From an uncultured candidatus Porisulfidus sp. (GTDB lineage Bacteria > Pseudomonadota > Gammaproteobacteria > Poriferisulfidales > Poriferisulfidaceae): a stretch of 64,000 bases of DNA. The position numbers and the translations under genes were made by a program. Below the pieces are notes generated by a model. That model was not told the DNA's origin, searched no databases, and saw nothing but the letters and a program-made list of their open reading frames with translations. Of this stretch, positions 41,925-52,364 are shown one piece after another; position 1 is the first letter of the stretch; each line of letters starts with the position of its first letter. Where the stretch lies: positions 832,001-896,000 of the forward strand of contig OZ241993.1 of the NCBI GenBank assembly GCA_965204575.1, in the 5' to 3' direction.

Positions 41925-43835
41925 ATGGAGGGTGTCCTCGAAATTAGAGACGGGTGCAATACTCCGGAGCAACTGCTCCGGAGTCTCGCGTTTGCCCGCT
42001 ACCTGAAGATATACAAGGAAGAGTTCGTCACGGACCTGATGAGCCGCGAAAAGAATCGCGGTGAAGCCCAGCACAAGGCGGAGATGATCCGCAAGATCAC
42101 GTTGCGGGATATCACGAAGATTCTGGACGCCAACCATTTTTCTCCCGACGAGCTGGAACACGCGCGCTCGGTCGTCAAGTTCCTGGACGGTGGCTTCCAC
42201 CACTTCCGCAACGCGAGTTATTCGCGCCTGGTGCGCCTGCAGAACGAGGTGGTCAGTTCCGGTACGGAAAGCCAGAGCACGATCAAGGACAAGGTTACGG
42301 AAAAGGCCGCCCAGCTGAACGACCTGATTCTGGAGACGCGCCGTCGGCTGCTGTCGCAAGTCGGGTTGGGCTACGGGGTCCGTCGTACGCCGGGCATGGA
42401 CGCCTCGCCGAACGTGACGGCCGGCGAGATCTCCGGGCACTACTGCAACATTCCCGCTGGTTACAGCATCCTGTGCCATGTGCCCCTGACCATGGCGGCG
42501 GACATCCGCACGGGGGTGGATTACCGCACGCCGGCCAACCGGCGCGCTTACCCGTTCTTCCAGTTGGATCACAATCCGCTGCACCTCGAGCATTTCAACC
42601 CGGAAGAGTGGGTGTCGGTCCCGTTGCGGGTCGGACGCTGGCTGATCATCGCGTATATCCACAAGTCGCGCGGCTGCATCGAGATGGAGCCGGGCCTGCT
42701 GAACCTGTTCCCGTTCGCCGATGTCGAGCAGACTTTCCCGGCGATGCGCCCTGACGGGCTGTACTTCTTTGGGGACCCGAACGGGGTATTCGGCGAGGAT
42801 CTCGGCTACTACTGGGACGAGGACAACCAGCTGCTGATCGGCATGGTTCCGCAGCACGACGAATACAAGTACTTCGGTTATTGCAAGAAACCCATCCTGA
42901 CCCTGCACAACGTGCTCTCCATCCGTTGCGGCGATGTTCCGCTGCATTGCGGCTGCACCCGCTATCTCGTGGGTTTCGAGGGCGGCGAGCCGTACATTTC
43001 GGAAATGTTGATCAAGGCGGACGACATGGGCCGGGTCGTGCTGGAGCGCGCCAACGGCGCGGCGTTCCGCCGCCCGATCTTTTACGGCACCGAAATCGGC
43101 GCCTTTGCTTGCCTGGACGGCTTCAGCGAGCAGGCGAAGCTGGCCATGGAGGGCCGGGAGGTCGGCTACAACAACCACATGGGCTCGAACGCGCGGCAGG
43201 TCGTGCCGGTGGCCGAGGAATCCGAGGTGGCGCTGGGCAGCAACCTGGACGTGCTGCTGTACCTGAACAACTTCGACATCAAGGAAGAAGGCGAGTCCTG
43301 CATTGATACGGACATTCCGATTTCCGATGCAATCGAACATTTCCGCAAGGGCGAACGGGTCGCCGCGGGCAGTACCCAGACGCATCGGGGCAAGAAGGAA
43401 TCCAGCTACTGGGCCAACCCGTTCCCGGCCCTGATGAGCAACGACGGCGACGTGCTGCACCCCGACCTGTACGAGCAGTTCAGCGAGACCGAGGCTTCCT
43501 TCATGAAGGACGTCGAGGCGTTGGTGGAGCGCAAGGAAATGTATCTTGGCGTGGCCTACAGCCAGCTGATGGCGGGGGTGTACGAGGGCGTCGAAGACGA
43601 TGACGTCACGCGTTGCGGCTTCGCCAACCGGGAGGAGATCGAGCAGGTCGCGCCGGAGCGCCTGGCGCTCGAACTGATTCAGATGGTCAAGCAGATCGCG
43701 GTGAAGAAGCGCGAGCGGCTGGGCGGCGACGCCAAGGAAGTCGACGTGACGGTGGCGCTGGTCGGCGACAGCCGCACCGGCAAGTCGGAGACCGGAGAGA
43801 AACTGGAAGCCGTCCTCGGGCTGACGCTGGTCTGA
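41925..43835 (+). CDS. PEP carboxykinase-fold protein with C-terminally displaced P-loop
   Basis: YFGYCKK, PLHC, DDMG, GTEIGAFA, NARQVVP and ANPF match PEPCK motifs; Walker A GDSRTGKS occurs only at 43764-43787. Confidence 0.7.
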   Translation: MEGVLEIRDGCNTPEQLLRSLAFARYLKIYKEEFVTDLMSREKNRGEAQHKAEMIRKITLRDITKILDANHFSPDELEHARSVVKFLDGGFHHFRNASYSRLVRLQNEVVSSGTESQSTIKDKVTEKAAQLNDLILETRRRLLSQVGLGYGVRRTPGMDASPNVTAGEISGHYCNIPAGYSILCHVPLTMAADIRTGVDYRTPANRRAYPFFQLDHNPLHLEHFNPEEWVSVPLRVGRWLIIAYIHKSRGCIEMEPGLLNLFPFADVEQTFPAMRPDGLYFFGDPNGVFGEDLGYYWDEDNQLLIGMVPQHDEYKYFGYCKKPILTLHNVLSIRCGDVPLHCGCTRYLVGFEGGEPYISEMLIKADDMGRVVLERANGAAFRRPIFYGTEIGAFACLDGFSEQAKLAMEGREVGYNNHMGSNARQVVPVAEESEVALGSNLDVLLYLNNFDIKEEGESCIDTDIPISDAIEHFRKGERVAAGSTQTHRGKKESSYWANPFPALMSNDGDVLHPDLYEQFSETEASFMKDVEALVERKEMYLGVAYSQLMAGVYEGVEDDDVTRCGFANREEIEQVAPERLALELIQMVKQIAVKKRERLGGDAKEVDVTVALVGDSRTGKSETGEKLEAVLGLTLV

Positions 43836-43909
43836 GAACTGACACAAGGACTCTAACCTTAGCCCATGGGGAATTTCAACTGCGGGAGTCCCCGCCGCCG
43901 GAGTCTGGA

Positions 43910-44305
43910 CTAGGCTTCAGCTTTCCTCGCCAGCGACTGGACGGTTTCCAGCAACGCCCCCGCGAGGGCGAGGGCCGGCTCCCGGTCGAGAGGCTCCACA
44001 TCGGGGTCGACCGGTTGATAACGGAGTTCGCCCGCGTAATCGGTATAGTCCACAAGACCCGAAAACTGCTCCACTTCTTCGCCCCGTGCCGCCAGTTTCT
44101 TCAACAGTGCCCCCAGGTCGTGGGTGAACGGATAAGTCTGGCCGGAAAGGCAAATCCAGGCCTTCAGGCATTTCTCGGCCACCTGCTGCACGACCGAGCC
44201 GAACATCCTGTCGACGAAGATGGAAGGGTCTTCCCGGGCGCGGAGTATGGCCATGTCCTCTTCCGCCACCTGCAGGAGATGGCGGGCCTGCTTAAGGTCG
44301 CTCAT
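43910..44305 (-). CDS. HEPN-domain protein (toxin partner)
   Basis: AEEDM..QQVAEKCLKA..YPFTHDL..ELRY pattern; overlaps the upstream MNT gene. Confidence 0.85.
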   Translation of the reverse strand: MSDLKQARHLLQVAEEDMAILRAREDPSIFVDRMFGSVVQQVAEKCLKAWICLSGQTYPFTHDLGALLKKLAARGEEVEQFSGLVDYTDYAGELRYQPVDPDVEPLDREPALALAGALLETVQSLARKAEA

Positions 44306-44627
44306 AGAGCACCTTGCCTTCCCGCAGGGCACGGGCAAGAACATTGTTCAGGGAGTCGCGCCAGTATTCGACATCCTCAAGGCTGAACACCAGGATGTCC
44401 TTGGGGACGTCGAAGTCTTCTACCGCCTTGCGCACCCGGATGGTCTCGGAACGCTTACACCGGCCCTTGCCGAACGGCTCGGTCTCGATGACGATCAGGT
44501 CCACGTCCGAATCCTCCCTCGCGTCGCCGCGCGCATGCGATCCGAACAGGATGATCTGCTCCGGGTCCACCTCGTCCACGATGGCCTGGGCCATCTGCTG
44601 GAGAAATTCCTTGTTCACCTGGCTCAT
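44292..44627 (-). CDS. Minimal nucleotidyltransferase (MNT)
   Basis: IILFGSHARGDAREDSDVDLIVI..REGKVLYE. Confidence 0.9.
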   Translation of the reverse strand: MSQVNKEFLQQMAQAIVDEVDPEQIILFGSHARGDAREDSDVDLIVIETEPFGKGRCKRSETIRVRKAVEDFDVPKDILVFSLEDVEYWRDSLNNVLARALREGKVLYERP

Positions 44628-44727
44628 GCGGTCCGCTCCCATCCGTTTTCCCGACTGATTTTACCGCCATGCGCGGCTATTGCACGGCCGGCCGGGCCTC
44701 CGGGCCGACATTCTGGCTGGAAACGGT

Positions 44728-47484
44728 TTATGCCTGCGCAATCCGCTCGCGCTGTTCCGCGAGTTGTGCCTGCGCAGCTTCCAGTTCCGCCAATCGTTCG
44801 CGTTCTTTCTGCACGACTTCTTCGGGAGCCCGCGACACGAACTTTTCGTTTTCCAGCTTGCCGCGGACCGCGCCGAGCGCGCCGTCCAGTTTCCTCAACT
44901 CCCGGTCCAGTCTGGCCAGTTCGGCTTCGCGGTCGATGAGGTCGGCGAGCGGGACCAGCACACGCATATTCCCAACCAGCACCGTGGCGGCTTCCGGGGC
45001 GGTTTCATCCGGTCCCATCCAATGCACCGATTCCGGACGCGCGAGATTCTGGAGCCAGGCTTCGGTAGCCTCGAAACGCTGCTGATCCTGTGGCGTCCAG
45101 TTCTCCAAAAGCACCGGAACCGGGCGGCCCGGAGCAATATCCATCTCGGCCCGGGTCCGGCGAATCCCGCCGATGAACTCCTGCAGCCAGCGCATTGTTC
45201 CGAAGGTCTCGGAGTCTTCCCCGGCATCCTCCGCCTCGGGCCAGGGGCGGGTCATCAGGAACGCATCCGCCGCATTCTGACGCTGTGGCAATTGCTGATG
45301 CAACTCCTCGGTAATGAATGGCATGAACGGATGCAGCAGGCGCAGAATTCGATCCAACACCGCGTACAAAGTGTGCAGGGTGGCCTGCACGGCACCTCCC
45401 GGGGCCTCTTCATTCAGGGTCGTCTTGGTGAATTCCAGGTACCAGTCGCAGAAGTCGTGCCAGACAAAGTCGTACAGGGTTTTTGCGGCCAAGTCGAAAC
45501 GATAGGCATCGAGGTGTTCGGTCACCTCCCGGGTCACCGTTTGCGCCCGAGCCGTGATCCAGCGATCAACCAGGCTCGCTTCGGCTGAGGGTGCCGACCC
45601 GTCCAGTCGTTCGGCATGGATCAGCGCGAAGCGCACCGCGTTCCAGAGTTTGTTGCAGAAATTCCGGTAGCCCAGCACGCGCGGCAGCTCGAAGCGCACG
45701 TCGCGCCCGAAGGTTGCCTGGGTGGCGAAGCAGAAGCGCAACGCGTCGGTCCCGCACGCCTGGAAGCCGTCCGGGAATTCCTGGCGGGTCACCCGCTTGA
45801 TCGAGCCGGCCTGCTTCGGGTCCATCAGGTCGTCGACGCGCTTCTCGACCAGCGCTTCCAGGTCGATGCCGTCGATGACGTCGATCGGGTCGATGGTGTT
45901 GCCCTTGGATTTCGACATCTTCTGACCGTGGGCGTCGCGCACCAGGCCGTGCACGTAGACGTCGCGGAACGGAACGTCCCCCATGAAGTGCAGCCCCATC
46001 ATGATCATGCGTGCAACCCAGAAGAAGATGATGTCGAAACCCGTGACCAGCACGTCGGTGGGGTAGAAGCGCTCCAGCGCCGCGTCCTTCCGGGGCCAGC
46101 CGAGCGTGGAAAACGGCCAAAGCGCGGAAGAGAACCAGGTGTCCAGCACGTCCTCGTCCTGGCGCAACGGCGCATCGGCCGGAATCCCGTATTTTTCCCG
46201 CACCTCCTGCTCGCTCCGGCCCACGTGCGGCGTGCCGTCGGCGCCGTACCAGGCGGGGATGCGGTGCCCCCACCACAGTTGGCGGCTGATGCACCAGTCT
46301 TCGATGTTCTCCATCCAGTCGTAGTAGGTCCGGCTCCAGTTCTCCGGCACGAAGCGGATGCGGCCGCCCCGTACCGCCGCCACGGCCTTCTCGGCCAGCG
46401 GCCCGGCGCGGACGTACCATTGGTCGGTCAGATAGGGCTCGACCACGGCGCCACTGCGGTCGCCGCGGGGGATGGTCAGGGCGTGTTCTTCCGTCCGCTC
46501 CAGCAGGCCCTGTGCTTCCAGGTCTTCCAGGACCTGCTCGCGCGCCTGCTCCCGGCTCAGGCCCCGGTAGGCTTCGGGCGCGGCCTCGCCGAGGTGCGCG
46601 GTGTCGGTGAAGATGTTGACCAGCGGAAGATCGTGGCGCAGTCCGACCTGGTAGTCGTTGAAGTCGTGCGCCGGCGTGATCTTCACGCAGCCGGAACCGA
46701 ACTCCGGATCGACGTAATCGTCCGCCACGATCGGGATGTCGCGTCCGGCCAGCGGCAGCCGGACGGATTTTCCAATCCATTCCCGGTAGCGGGGGTCGTC
46801 GGGATGCACCGCGACCGCGGTGTCGCCCAGCATGGTTTCCGGACGGGTGGTGGCGACCACCAGCACTTCGTCGGAATCGACGATGGGGTAGCGCAGGTGC
46901 CATAGGTGCCCCTGTTCCTCGGAAGCCACCACCTCGAGGTCCGACAGGGCGGTGCGCAGCACCGGGTCCCAGTTGACCAGGCGCTTGCCGCGGTAGACCA
47001 GATCCTGTTCGTGCAGTTGCACGAACACTTCGCGAACCGCCTCGGACAGGCCCTCGTCCATGGTGAACCGTTCGCGGGACCAATCGACCGAAGCGCCCAT
47101 GCGGCGAAGCTGCCGGGTGATGTGTCCGCCGGATTCGCGCTTCCAGGTCCAGACTTCCTCGATGAAGGCGTCCCGGCCCAGTTCCCGGCGCGTCCGGCCT
47201 TCGCGTTCCAGTTTGCGTTCGACCACCATCTGGGTGGCGATGCCGGCGTGGTCGGTTCCCGGCTGCCACAGGGCGGCGCGACCCTGCATGCGCCGCCAAC
47301 GGGTCAGGATGTCCATCAGGGTGTCCTGGAACGCGTGGCCCATGTGCAGGGTCCCGGTCACGTTCGGAGGCGGGATCATGATGCAGAAGGGCTCGCCCTC
47401 GGCGTTCGGCGCAAATACGCCGCCCTCTTCCCAACGTTGCCGCCAGAAAGCTTCGATCCGTTCGGGGTCGTAACTCTTATTCAT
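44728..47484 (-). CDS. valS: Valine-tRNA ligase
   Basis: [37 protein letters not shown] motifs. Confidence 0.98.
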   Translation of the reverse strand: MNKSYDPERIEAFWRQRWEEGGVFAPNAEGEPFCIMIPPPNVTGTLHMGHAFQDTLMDILTRWRRMQGRAALWQPGTDHAGIATQMVVERKLEREGRTRRELGRDAFIEEVWTWKRESGGHITRQLRRMGASVDWSRERFTMDEGLSEAVREVFVQLHEQDLVYRGKRLVNWDPVLRTALSDLEVVASEEQGHLWHLRYPIVDSDEVLVVATTRPETMLGDTAVAVHPDDPRYREWIGKSVRLPLAGRDIPIVADDYVDPEFGSGCVKITPAHDFNDYQVGLRHDLPLVNIFTDTAHLGEAAPEAYRGLSREQAREQVLEDLEAQGLLERTEEHALTIPRGDRSGAVVEPYLTDQWYVRAGPLAEKAVAAVRGGRIRFVPENWSRTYYDWMENIEDWCISRQLWWGHRIPAWYGADGTPHVGRSEQEVREKYGIPADAPLRQDEDVLDTWFSSALWPFSTLGWPRKDAALERFYPTDVLVTGFDIIFFWVARMIMMGLHFMGDVPFRDVYVHGLVRDAHGQKMSKSKGNTIDPIDVIDGIDLEALVEKRVDDLMDPKQAGSIKRVTRQEFPDGFQACGTDALRFCFATQATFGRDVRFELPRVLGYRNFCNKLWNAVRFALIHAERLDGSAPSAEASLVDRWITARAQTVTREVTEHLDAYRFDLAAKTLYDFVWHDFCDWYLEFTKTTLNEEAPGGAVQATLHTLYAVLDRILRLLHPFMPFITEELHQQLPQRQNAADAFLMTRPWPEAEDAGEDSETFGTMRWLQEFIGGIRRTRAEMDIAPGRPVPVLLENWTPQDQQRFEATEAWLQNLARPESVHWMGPDETAPEAATVLVGNMRVLVPLADLIDREAELARLDRELRKLDGALGAVRGKLENEKFVSRAPEEVVQKERERLAELEAAQAQLAEQRERIAQA

Positions 47485-47525
47485 CTGTCGGGCCGCCCGG
47501 AGGGGAGCGGGGGGACGCGGTCGCT

Positions 47526-47942
47526 TTATTTGGCGATCTCGTGAAGTTCCGGTTCAAAGCCGAGTTCCCGGTACTGGCGGAAGCGCGCGCGGCCATGGTT
47601 CTTGGTGATGTCGTCCGGCCCCACGACTTCGGCGACCCGGTTGAACGATTCATATTCTTCCGGCATGTCGTCGGCCAGGTTGATCAGGACGTCCCGCTCC
47701 TGCGGCAGCCATGCGTCATGGATGGTGACCCGGACGTGCGGGCTCGGGCTTTCTCCGAGGCTGTGCGCCAGGAAACTCTGGTCGCGGAAGGTCCACATCT
47801 GGGTATTCAGCGATTCAGCGGCCTGCATGTCCGGGACCCGCACGTGCACGCGATGGCCCTGGGCCACGGCCTTCTCCGCGATCTGGCAGACGATCCGCTC
47901 GCGGTGGCCCCGCTTGATGACGTAGAAGTGGACGTTCTCCAT
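47526..47942 (-). CDS. holC: DNA polymerase III chi subunit
   Basis: [29 protein letters not shown]; pepA-holC-valS synteny. Confidence 0.92.
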   Translation of the reverse strand: MENVHFYVIKRGHRERIVCQIAEKAVAQGHRVHVRVPDMQAAESLNTQMWTFRDQSFLAHSLGESPSPHVRVTIHDAWLPQERDVLINLADDMPEEYESFNRVAEVVGPDDITKNHGRARFRQYRELGFEPELHEIAK

Positions 47943-47946
47943 CGGT

Positions 47947-49440
47947 TCAGGACTTCTGGGCGTCCTTCATCAGGAAATGCGTCAGCAACGGCACCGGCCG
48001 CCCGGTCGCCCCCTTGCTCTTGCCGGTATTCCAGGCGGTTCCGGCGATGTCGAGATGCGCCCACGGCGTGTCGCCGACGAAGCGCGACAGGAAGCAGGCG
48101 GCGGTGGTGGCGCCCGCGTAGCGTTCCCCGATGTTCGCGATATCGGCGAAATTGCTGTCCAGTTCAGGCTGGTAGTCGTCCCATAGCGGAAGCGGCCAGA
48201 CCCGATCCCAACTCTCGCGCCCGGCGGCGACCAGTGCGCGCTCCACCGAATTCTGGTACGTGAACAGTCCCGAAGCATGCTTGCCCAGCGCGTGCAGGCA
48301 GGCACCGGTCAGGGTGGCGATGTCGATGATCAGGCGGGGCTTGAAGCTGAGGGCGTAATCGAGAGCGTCGCACAGGATCAGGCGGCCTTCGGCGTCGGTG
48401 TTCAGGATTTCCACGGTCTGGCCGGAGGCGGTCGTGACCACGTCGCCGGGTCGGGTGGCCCGTCCGCCCGGCATGTTCTCGGTCGCCGGGATGATGCCGA
48501 CCAGGTGCTGCGGCAGATTCAGTGCCGCCGCCGCCTTGAGCGTGCCGAGCACGCTGCCGGCGCCGCACATGTCGAACTTCATTTCGTCCATCGCGGAGCT
48601 GGGCTTGATGGAAATCCCGCCCGTATCGAACGTCACGCCCTTCCCGACCAGCGCGACCGGAGCCTTGGTACGGGCTCGGCCGCGGTATTCGACGACGATC
48701 AACTGCGGTTCTTCCGGGCTGCCCTGCGCCACGGCGAGGAATGCGCCCATATTGCGTTTTTCCAATTCTCGGCGGCCGAACGACTTGACCGTGAATCGTG
48801 AATCCTCGCGGATCAGCGAGCGAGCCTGGCGGGCCAGGTATCTTGGCGTGCAGAGATTGGGCGGCAGGTCGCCGAGTTGCCGGGTCCAGATCATTCCGGA
48901 CGCAATCGCCACGCCTTGGTCCACCGCCTTGCGGACCCCGGCCCGGGTGGCCGCGGAGGCAGTAACCGTGACGGATTCCAAAGGCGTGGCCGGAGGCTTG
49001 GCGGAGGGCTTGGTCTCTTGGAAGACGTAGGCCGCGTTCTCCAGGATCAGCGCGGTCTGGCGCGCATTCCATTGGGCATTCCTGCCGGCGACCCTGACTT
49101 CGCCGCTGGCGAGCGTCGCCGCGACCGTGGAGTCCTTGTGCAGGGTCCGGGCGATTTGGCGCATCGTCTTCAGGAAATCGTTTTCCCCGACCTTGCCGGA
49201 TTCGCCGAAACCGGCCACCAGCAGGCGCGAAGCCTTCAGCCCGGCGGGGCGATACAATGCGTTGAGGGTTTCGGCCTTGCCTGCGGCATCCTGCTGGGAG
49301 AGGAGGTCACTGACCGCCCCGCCCGTGGCCTGATCCACGGCACGGGCACCGGGGGTCATCTGGCCGTTTTCATAGACACCGACCACCAGGCAGTCGCAAA
49401 CGATTTCCGCGGGTGAGGCGGCGACAACGGAATACTTCAT
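47947..49440 (-). CDS. pepA: Leucyl aminopeptidase
   Basis: VGKGVTFDTGG, MKFDMCGA, NTDAEGRL, ATLTGA, HLDIAG. Confidence 0.97.
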   Translation of the reverse strand: MKYSVVAASPAEIVCDCLVVGVYENGQMTPGARAVDQATGGAVSDLLSQQDAAGKAETLNALYRPAGLKASRLLVAGFGESGKVGENDFLKTMRQIARTLHKDSTVAATLASGEVRVAGRNAQWNARQTALILENAAYVFQETKPSAKPPATPLESVTVTASAATRAGVRKAVDQGVAIASGMIWTRQLGDLPPNLCTPRYLARQARSLIREDSRFTVKSFGRRELEKRNMGAFLAVAQGSPEEPQLIVVEYRGRARTKAPVALVGKGVTFDTGGISIKPSSAMDEMKFDMCGAGSVLGTLKAAAALNLPQHLVGIIPATENMPGGRATRPGDVVTTASGQTVEILNTDAEGRLILCDALDYALSFKPRLIIDIATLTGACLHALGKHASGLFTYQNSVERALVAAGRESWDRVWPLPLWDDYQPELDSNFADIANIGERYAGATTAACFLSRFVGDTPWAHLDIAGTAWNTGKSKGATGRPVPLLTHFLMKDAQKS

Positions 49441-49582
49441 GGAGAGAACTTAAAGGTCACGGGTGAAGACGCCAAATTCTATCAAACTGCGCCTTCCCGC
49501 CTCTTTGAAGCGCCTCAAATTTCTTCCGGCTGGAAACTGGCAGTAGAATATTGGGAATCCGCTTCTGAAAGAGGTTTGAAGT

Positions 49583-49783
49583 ATGAGCAAGGCAAAAGAG
49601 TTGTTCAACTTGTCGAACATTTTCGTTTACCTGATTGTCTGGCCGATTTCCACCTTTATCGCCGTTTCGGTGCTGCTGATCTGGTTTGGCATCGGGCGGT
49701 GGCTTCACCATGAGGGCTACTTCAAGTGGCTCATGACACTGGGGGGGCATGCTCCCCCTCCCCCTCCCCCCGGCCTGCCATGA
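49583..49783 (+). CDS. Small membrane protein with poly-Pro tail
   Basis: GAGG RBS, long hydrophobic segment, C-terminal APPPPPPGLP. Confidence 0.65.
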   Translation: MSKAKELFNLSNIFVYLIVWPISTFIAVSVLLIWFGIGRWLHHEGYFKWLMTLGGHAPPPPPPGLP

Positions 49784-49958
49784 CGAAAACGAGCCTGTCC
49801 GACCAGTTTCGGAATGTCCCCGCCTGTTCCGATTAAATCTTGGCCTGGATCTGCAGACCTTCCGGTTCGCGCAGGTTCTCGCAAATGCGCGTCGCCTGCT
49901 GCAATATCATCCGTTCTGCGGGTGCCGGTATTTGTCAAGTCGGGCGTGTAATTCCCTT

Positions 49959-51239
49959 TTGAAGAACCGCCTGACCCGAGGTCTGTCCAGCCTGGACCGC
50001 TATCTGTCGTCGCTGGATCGCCACCTCGCCGATCTCGACCTCCGGTGGAGCCGCAGCGTGTCTCGCGGTGTGGCCAGGCTGCGGCTGGGGACTGGCGGGA
50101 AGGCACACAGCACGCCGGCGTCGAGCCAGTACGATCTTGACGCCCATTCGACGGGCATGCCCGGGCTGCGCCTTTCGATCCTGGATCGCTACCTGGTGTA
50201 CGAGCTTTTGCGTGCCGCATTTGCCGTCACCGTGGTCCTGCTGCTGCTGATCGCCAGCAAACTCTTCATGCAGCAGCTTGGTTACCTGACCGAAGGCAAG
50301 TTCTCCACGGGCATCGTCTACGAACTCCTGTTCAACAAGCTTCTTGCCTATTTCGTCCACATGCTGCCGTTCCTGATGCTCCTGTCGTCGGTGCTGGCGC
50401 TCGGCCGCCTGCACCAGGACACCGAGGTGACGGCGCTGCATTCCTGCGGTTACTCCGATACCCGCCTGTTGCTGCCCATGGCGCTGGTTGGCATTCCCCT
50501 GGCCGTCATGCTGGGGGTAATGAGCCTGCACATCACGCCCAGGCTGTCGCTCGAAGCGGAACTGGCCCACCATCAGGCCCGCCTGGAGGCGGGGCTGGAC
50601 CTGATGCAGGAAGGCCGGTTCATGCAGACCCGGAACGGACGTTGGGCACTGTATGCGAGCCAGACGAAAGGGCAGGTTGCGGAAGATGTGTTTTTCGCCA
50701 GCTACGACGCGGAATCACAGCGAGTTCATATTGAAACCGCAGCCCGGGCCACCCGGGCCCGGGACCAGGAAAACGGCGTCTACGTGCTGGATTTCGAGGA
50801 CGGTCGCTGGCATAGCGGCTGGCCGGGCGATGCGGACTTCCAGACCATGAAATTCGACCGGCATCTGCTGCGGGTCAGCATGGCGCCGTCGCCCAACGTC
50901 TGGACACATACCAAATACATGACGCCGGAGCAGTTGTGGGAGGACGGTTCTGCGGCCGCCCACGCGGAACTGCAATGGCGATGGTCTCTGCCAGTCTCGC
51001 TGCTCCTGATGCTGGCGCTCGCCATCCCGCTTTCGCGCAGTTCGGTCCGGGAAGGGAAGTACGCCCGCGCCGTCTACGCGATCGCCATCTACTTGGTCTA
51101 TGCGCAGTTCCAGTTGCTGGCGACCAGCCAGGTACGGGGCGGGAATTGGCCCGACTGGGCGGGTGTCTGGTGGGTGCATGTGCTGATGGCTGCAGGGATC
51201 TTCCTGTTGTACCGACAAGCCCGACGGGGTCGGACGTGA
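49959..51239 (+). CDS. lptF: LPS export ABC permease LptF (start uncertain: TTG 49959 or ATG 50157)
   Basis: ILDRYL, LGRLHQDTEVTAL..CG, EGRF, AELQWR..P motifs; divergent from pepA, upstream of lptG. Confidence 0.9.
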   Translation: MKNRLTRGLSSLDRYLSSLDRHLADLDLRWSRSVSRGVARLRLGTGGKAHSTPASSQYDLDAHSTGMPGLRLSILDRYLVYELLRAAFAVTVVLLLLIASKLFMQQLGYLTEGKFSTGIVYELLFNKLLAYFVHMLPFLMLLSSVLALGRLHQDTEVTALHSCGYSDTRLLLPMALVGIPLAVMLGVMSLHITPRLSLEAELAHHQARLEAGLDLMQEGRFMQTRNGRWALYASQTKGQVAEDVFFASYDAESQRVHIETAARATRARDQENGVYVLDFEDGRWHSGWPGDADFQTMKFDRHLLRVSMAPSPNVWTHTKYMTPEQLWEDGSAAAHAELQWRWSLPVSLLLMLALAIPLSRSSVREGKYARAVYAIAIYLVYAQFQLLATSQVRGGNWPDWAGVWWVHVLMAAGIFLLYRQARRGRT

Positions 51240-52342
51240 ATATCCTGACCCGCCACCTGATTTGGCGCGTGCTGGTCGGGATTGGGCTGGTGGCGCTGGC
51301 CGTGGTGACGATCTTGACCCTGGTGGATCTGATCGACGAGGTGCGCCGAGTGCGCCCGGGAGGCTATACGTTTGCGGACGCCTTATGGGTGATCGTGTTG
51401 ACCATGCCGCAGCGCATCTACGAAGTGCTGCCGGTTTCGGTGTTCATCGGCAGCCTGCTGAGCTTGGGGCAATTGGTTGCGGACAACGAGATGACGGCAC
51501 TGCGCGCATCGGGAATGGGCGTGTGGTGGCTGTCCAGGAGGCTACTGTCGGTGGGCCTGCTCTTGGCACTGGTGACCATTTTCATTGGAGAGAAGATTGC
51601 CCCGGTGGGCGGGGCATTGGCTTGGGACATCCGGCAGCAGCCGCAGAAAGGAACCTCGGTCGGAGAGGCGCAGGGATTGTGGGTTCGCAAAGGCGACCAC
51701 TATCTCCACGTGCTGCGGGGAGACCGGCGCGACCGCCTGTCTCAGGTGCTGGCGTATCGCCTGGACGCCGATGGCGCCCTGGAGCATAGCCTGCATGCGA
51801 AGAGCGCGCATCTAGTGGGCGGACACTGGATCCTGTACGAAGTTCGGGAAAGCGTCATCCATCCGGACGGAAGTGTGACTCGTGAGGAGCATGCGCTAAG
51901 AACCGACGTGGCCCTGCCGGATGTCGACGTGTTGGATACGATGCTGATGCCTGCCGACGAAATGCCGATCATGCGCCTGAACCGCTACTTGGACTACTTC
52001 GAGGGCGAAGAACTGGACCTGCGCCCCTACCGGTTCGCTTGGTGGCAGCGCTTCGCCACGCCTCTGGCTTGCGTGGTGGTCTTGTTGCTGACGGTTTCGT
52101 TCACTTTCACCCAATCCCGCGGCGGGGGGCTCGGGCAACGCATTTTCATCGGCGTGATCAGCGGTATCGGCATCTACCTGTTCAACCGGGTCGGCGGACA
52201 TCTGGGAATGCTGATGGACTTGCCGCCCTGGCTGGCGGCCTTTCTGCCGCTGGCCCTGCTTTTCCTGCTCGGGTGCGCGGTGTTGCTGGCGCAGCAAGCA
52301 AATACGCGTCAGGACTCGGGCAATCTTCCCAGCCAGGCATAG
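51236..52342 (+). CDS. lptG: LPS export ABC permease LptG
   Basis: GTG start; ILTRHL, LGQLVADNEMTALRASG, GLWVR, FAWWQRFATP. Confidence 0.92.
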   Translation: MNILTRHLIWRVLVGIGLVALAVVTILTLVDLIDEVRRVRPGGYTFADALWVIVLTMPQRIYEVLPVSVFIGSLLSLGQLVADNEMTALRASGMGVWWLSRRLLSVGLLLALVTIFIGEKIAPVGGALAWDIRQQPQKGTSVGEAQGLWVRKGDHYLHVLRGDRRDRLSQVLAYRLDADGALEHSLHAKSAHLVGGHWILYEVRESVIHPDGSVTREEHALRTDVALPDVDVLDTMLMPADEMPIMRLNRYLDYFEGEELDLRPYRFAWWQRFATPLACVVVLLLTVSFTFTQSRGGGLGQRIFIGVISGIGIYLFNRVGGHLGMLMDLPPWLAAFLPLALLFLLGCAVLLAQQANTRQDSGNLPSQA

Positions 52343-52364
52343 GGCCCGGGTCTCCCGCTCTGCC

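Noticed and set aside
43910-44627. MNT-HEPN pair as a novel system
   Set aside because: Ordinary, widespread MNT-HEPN toxin-antitoxin architecture.
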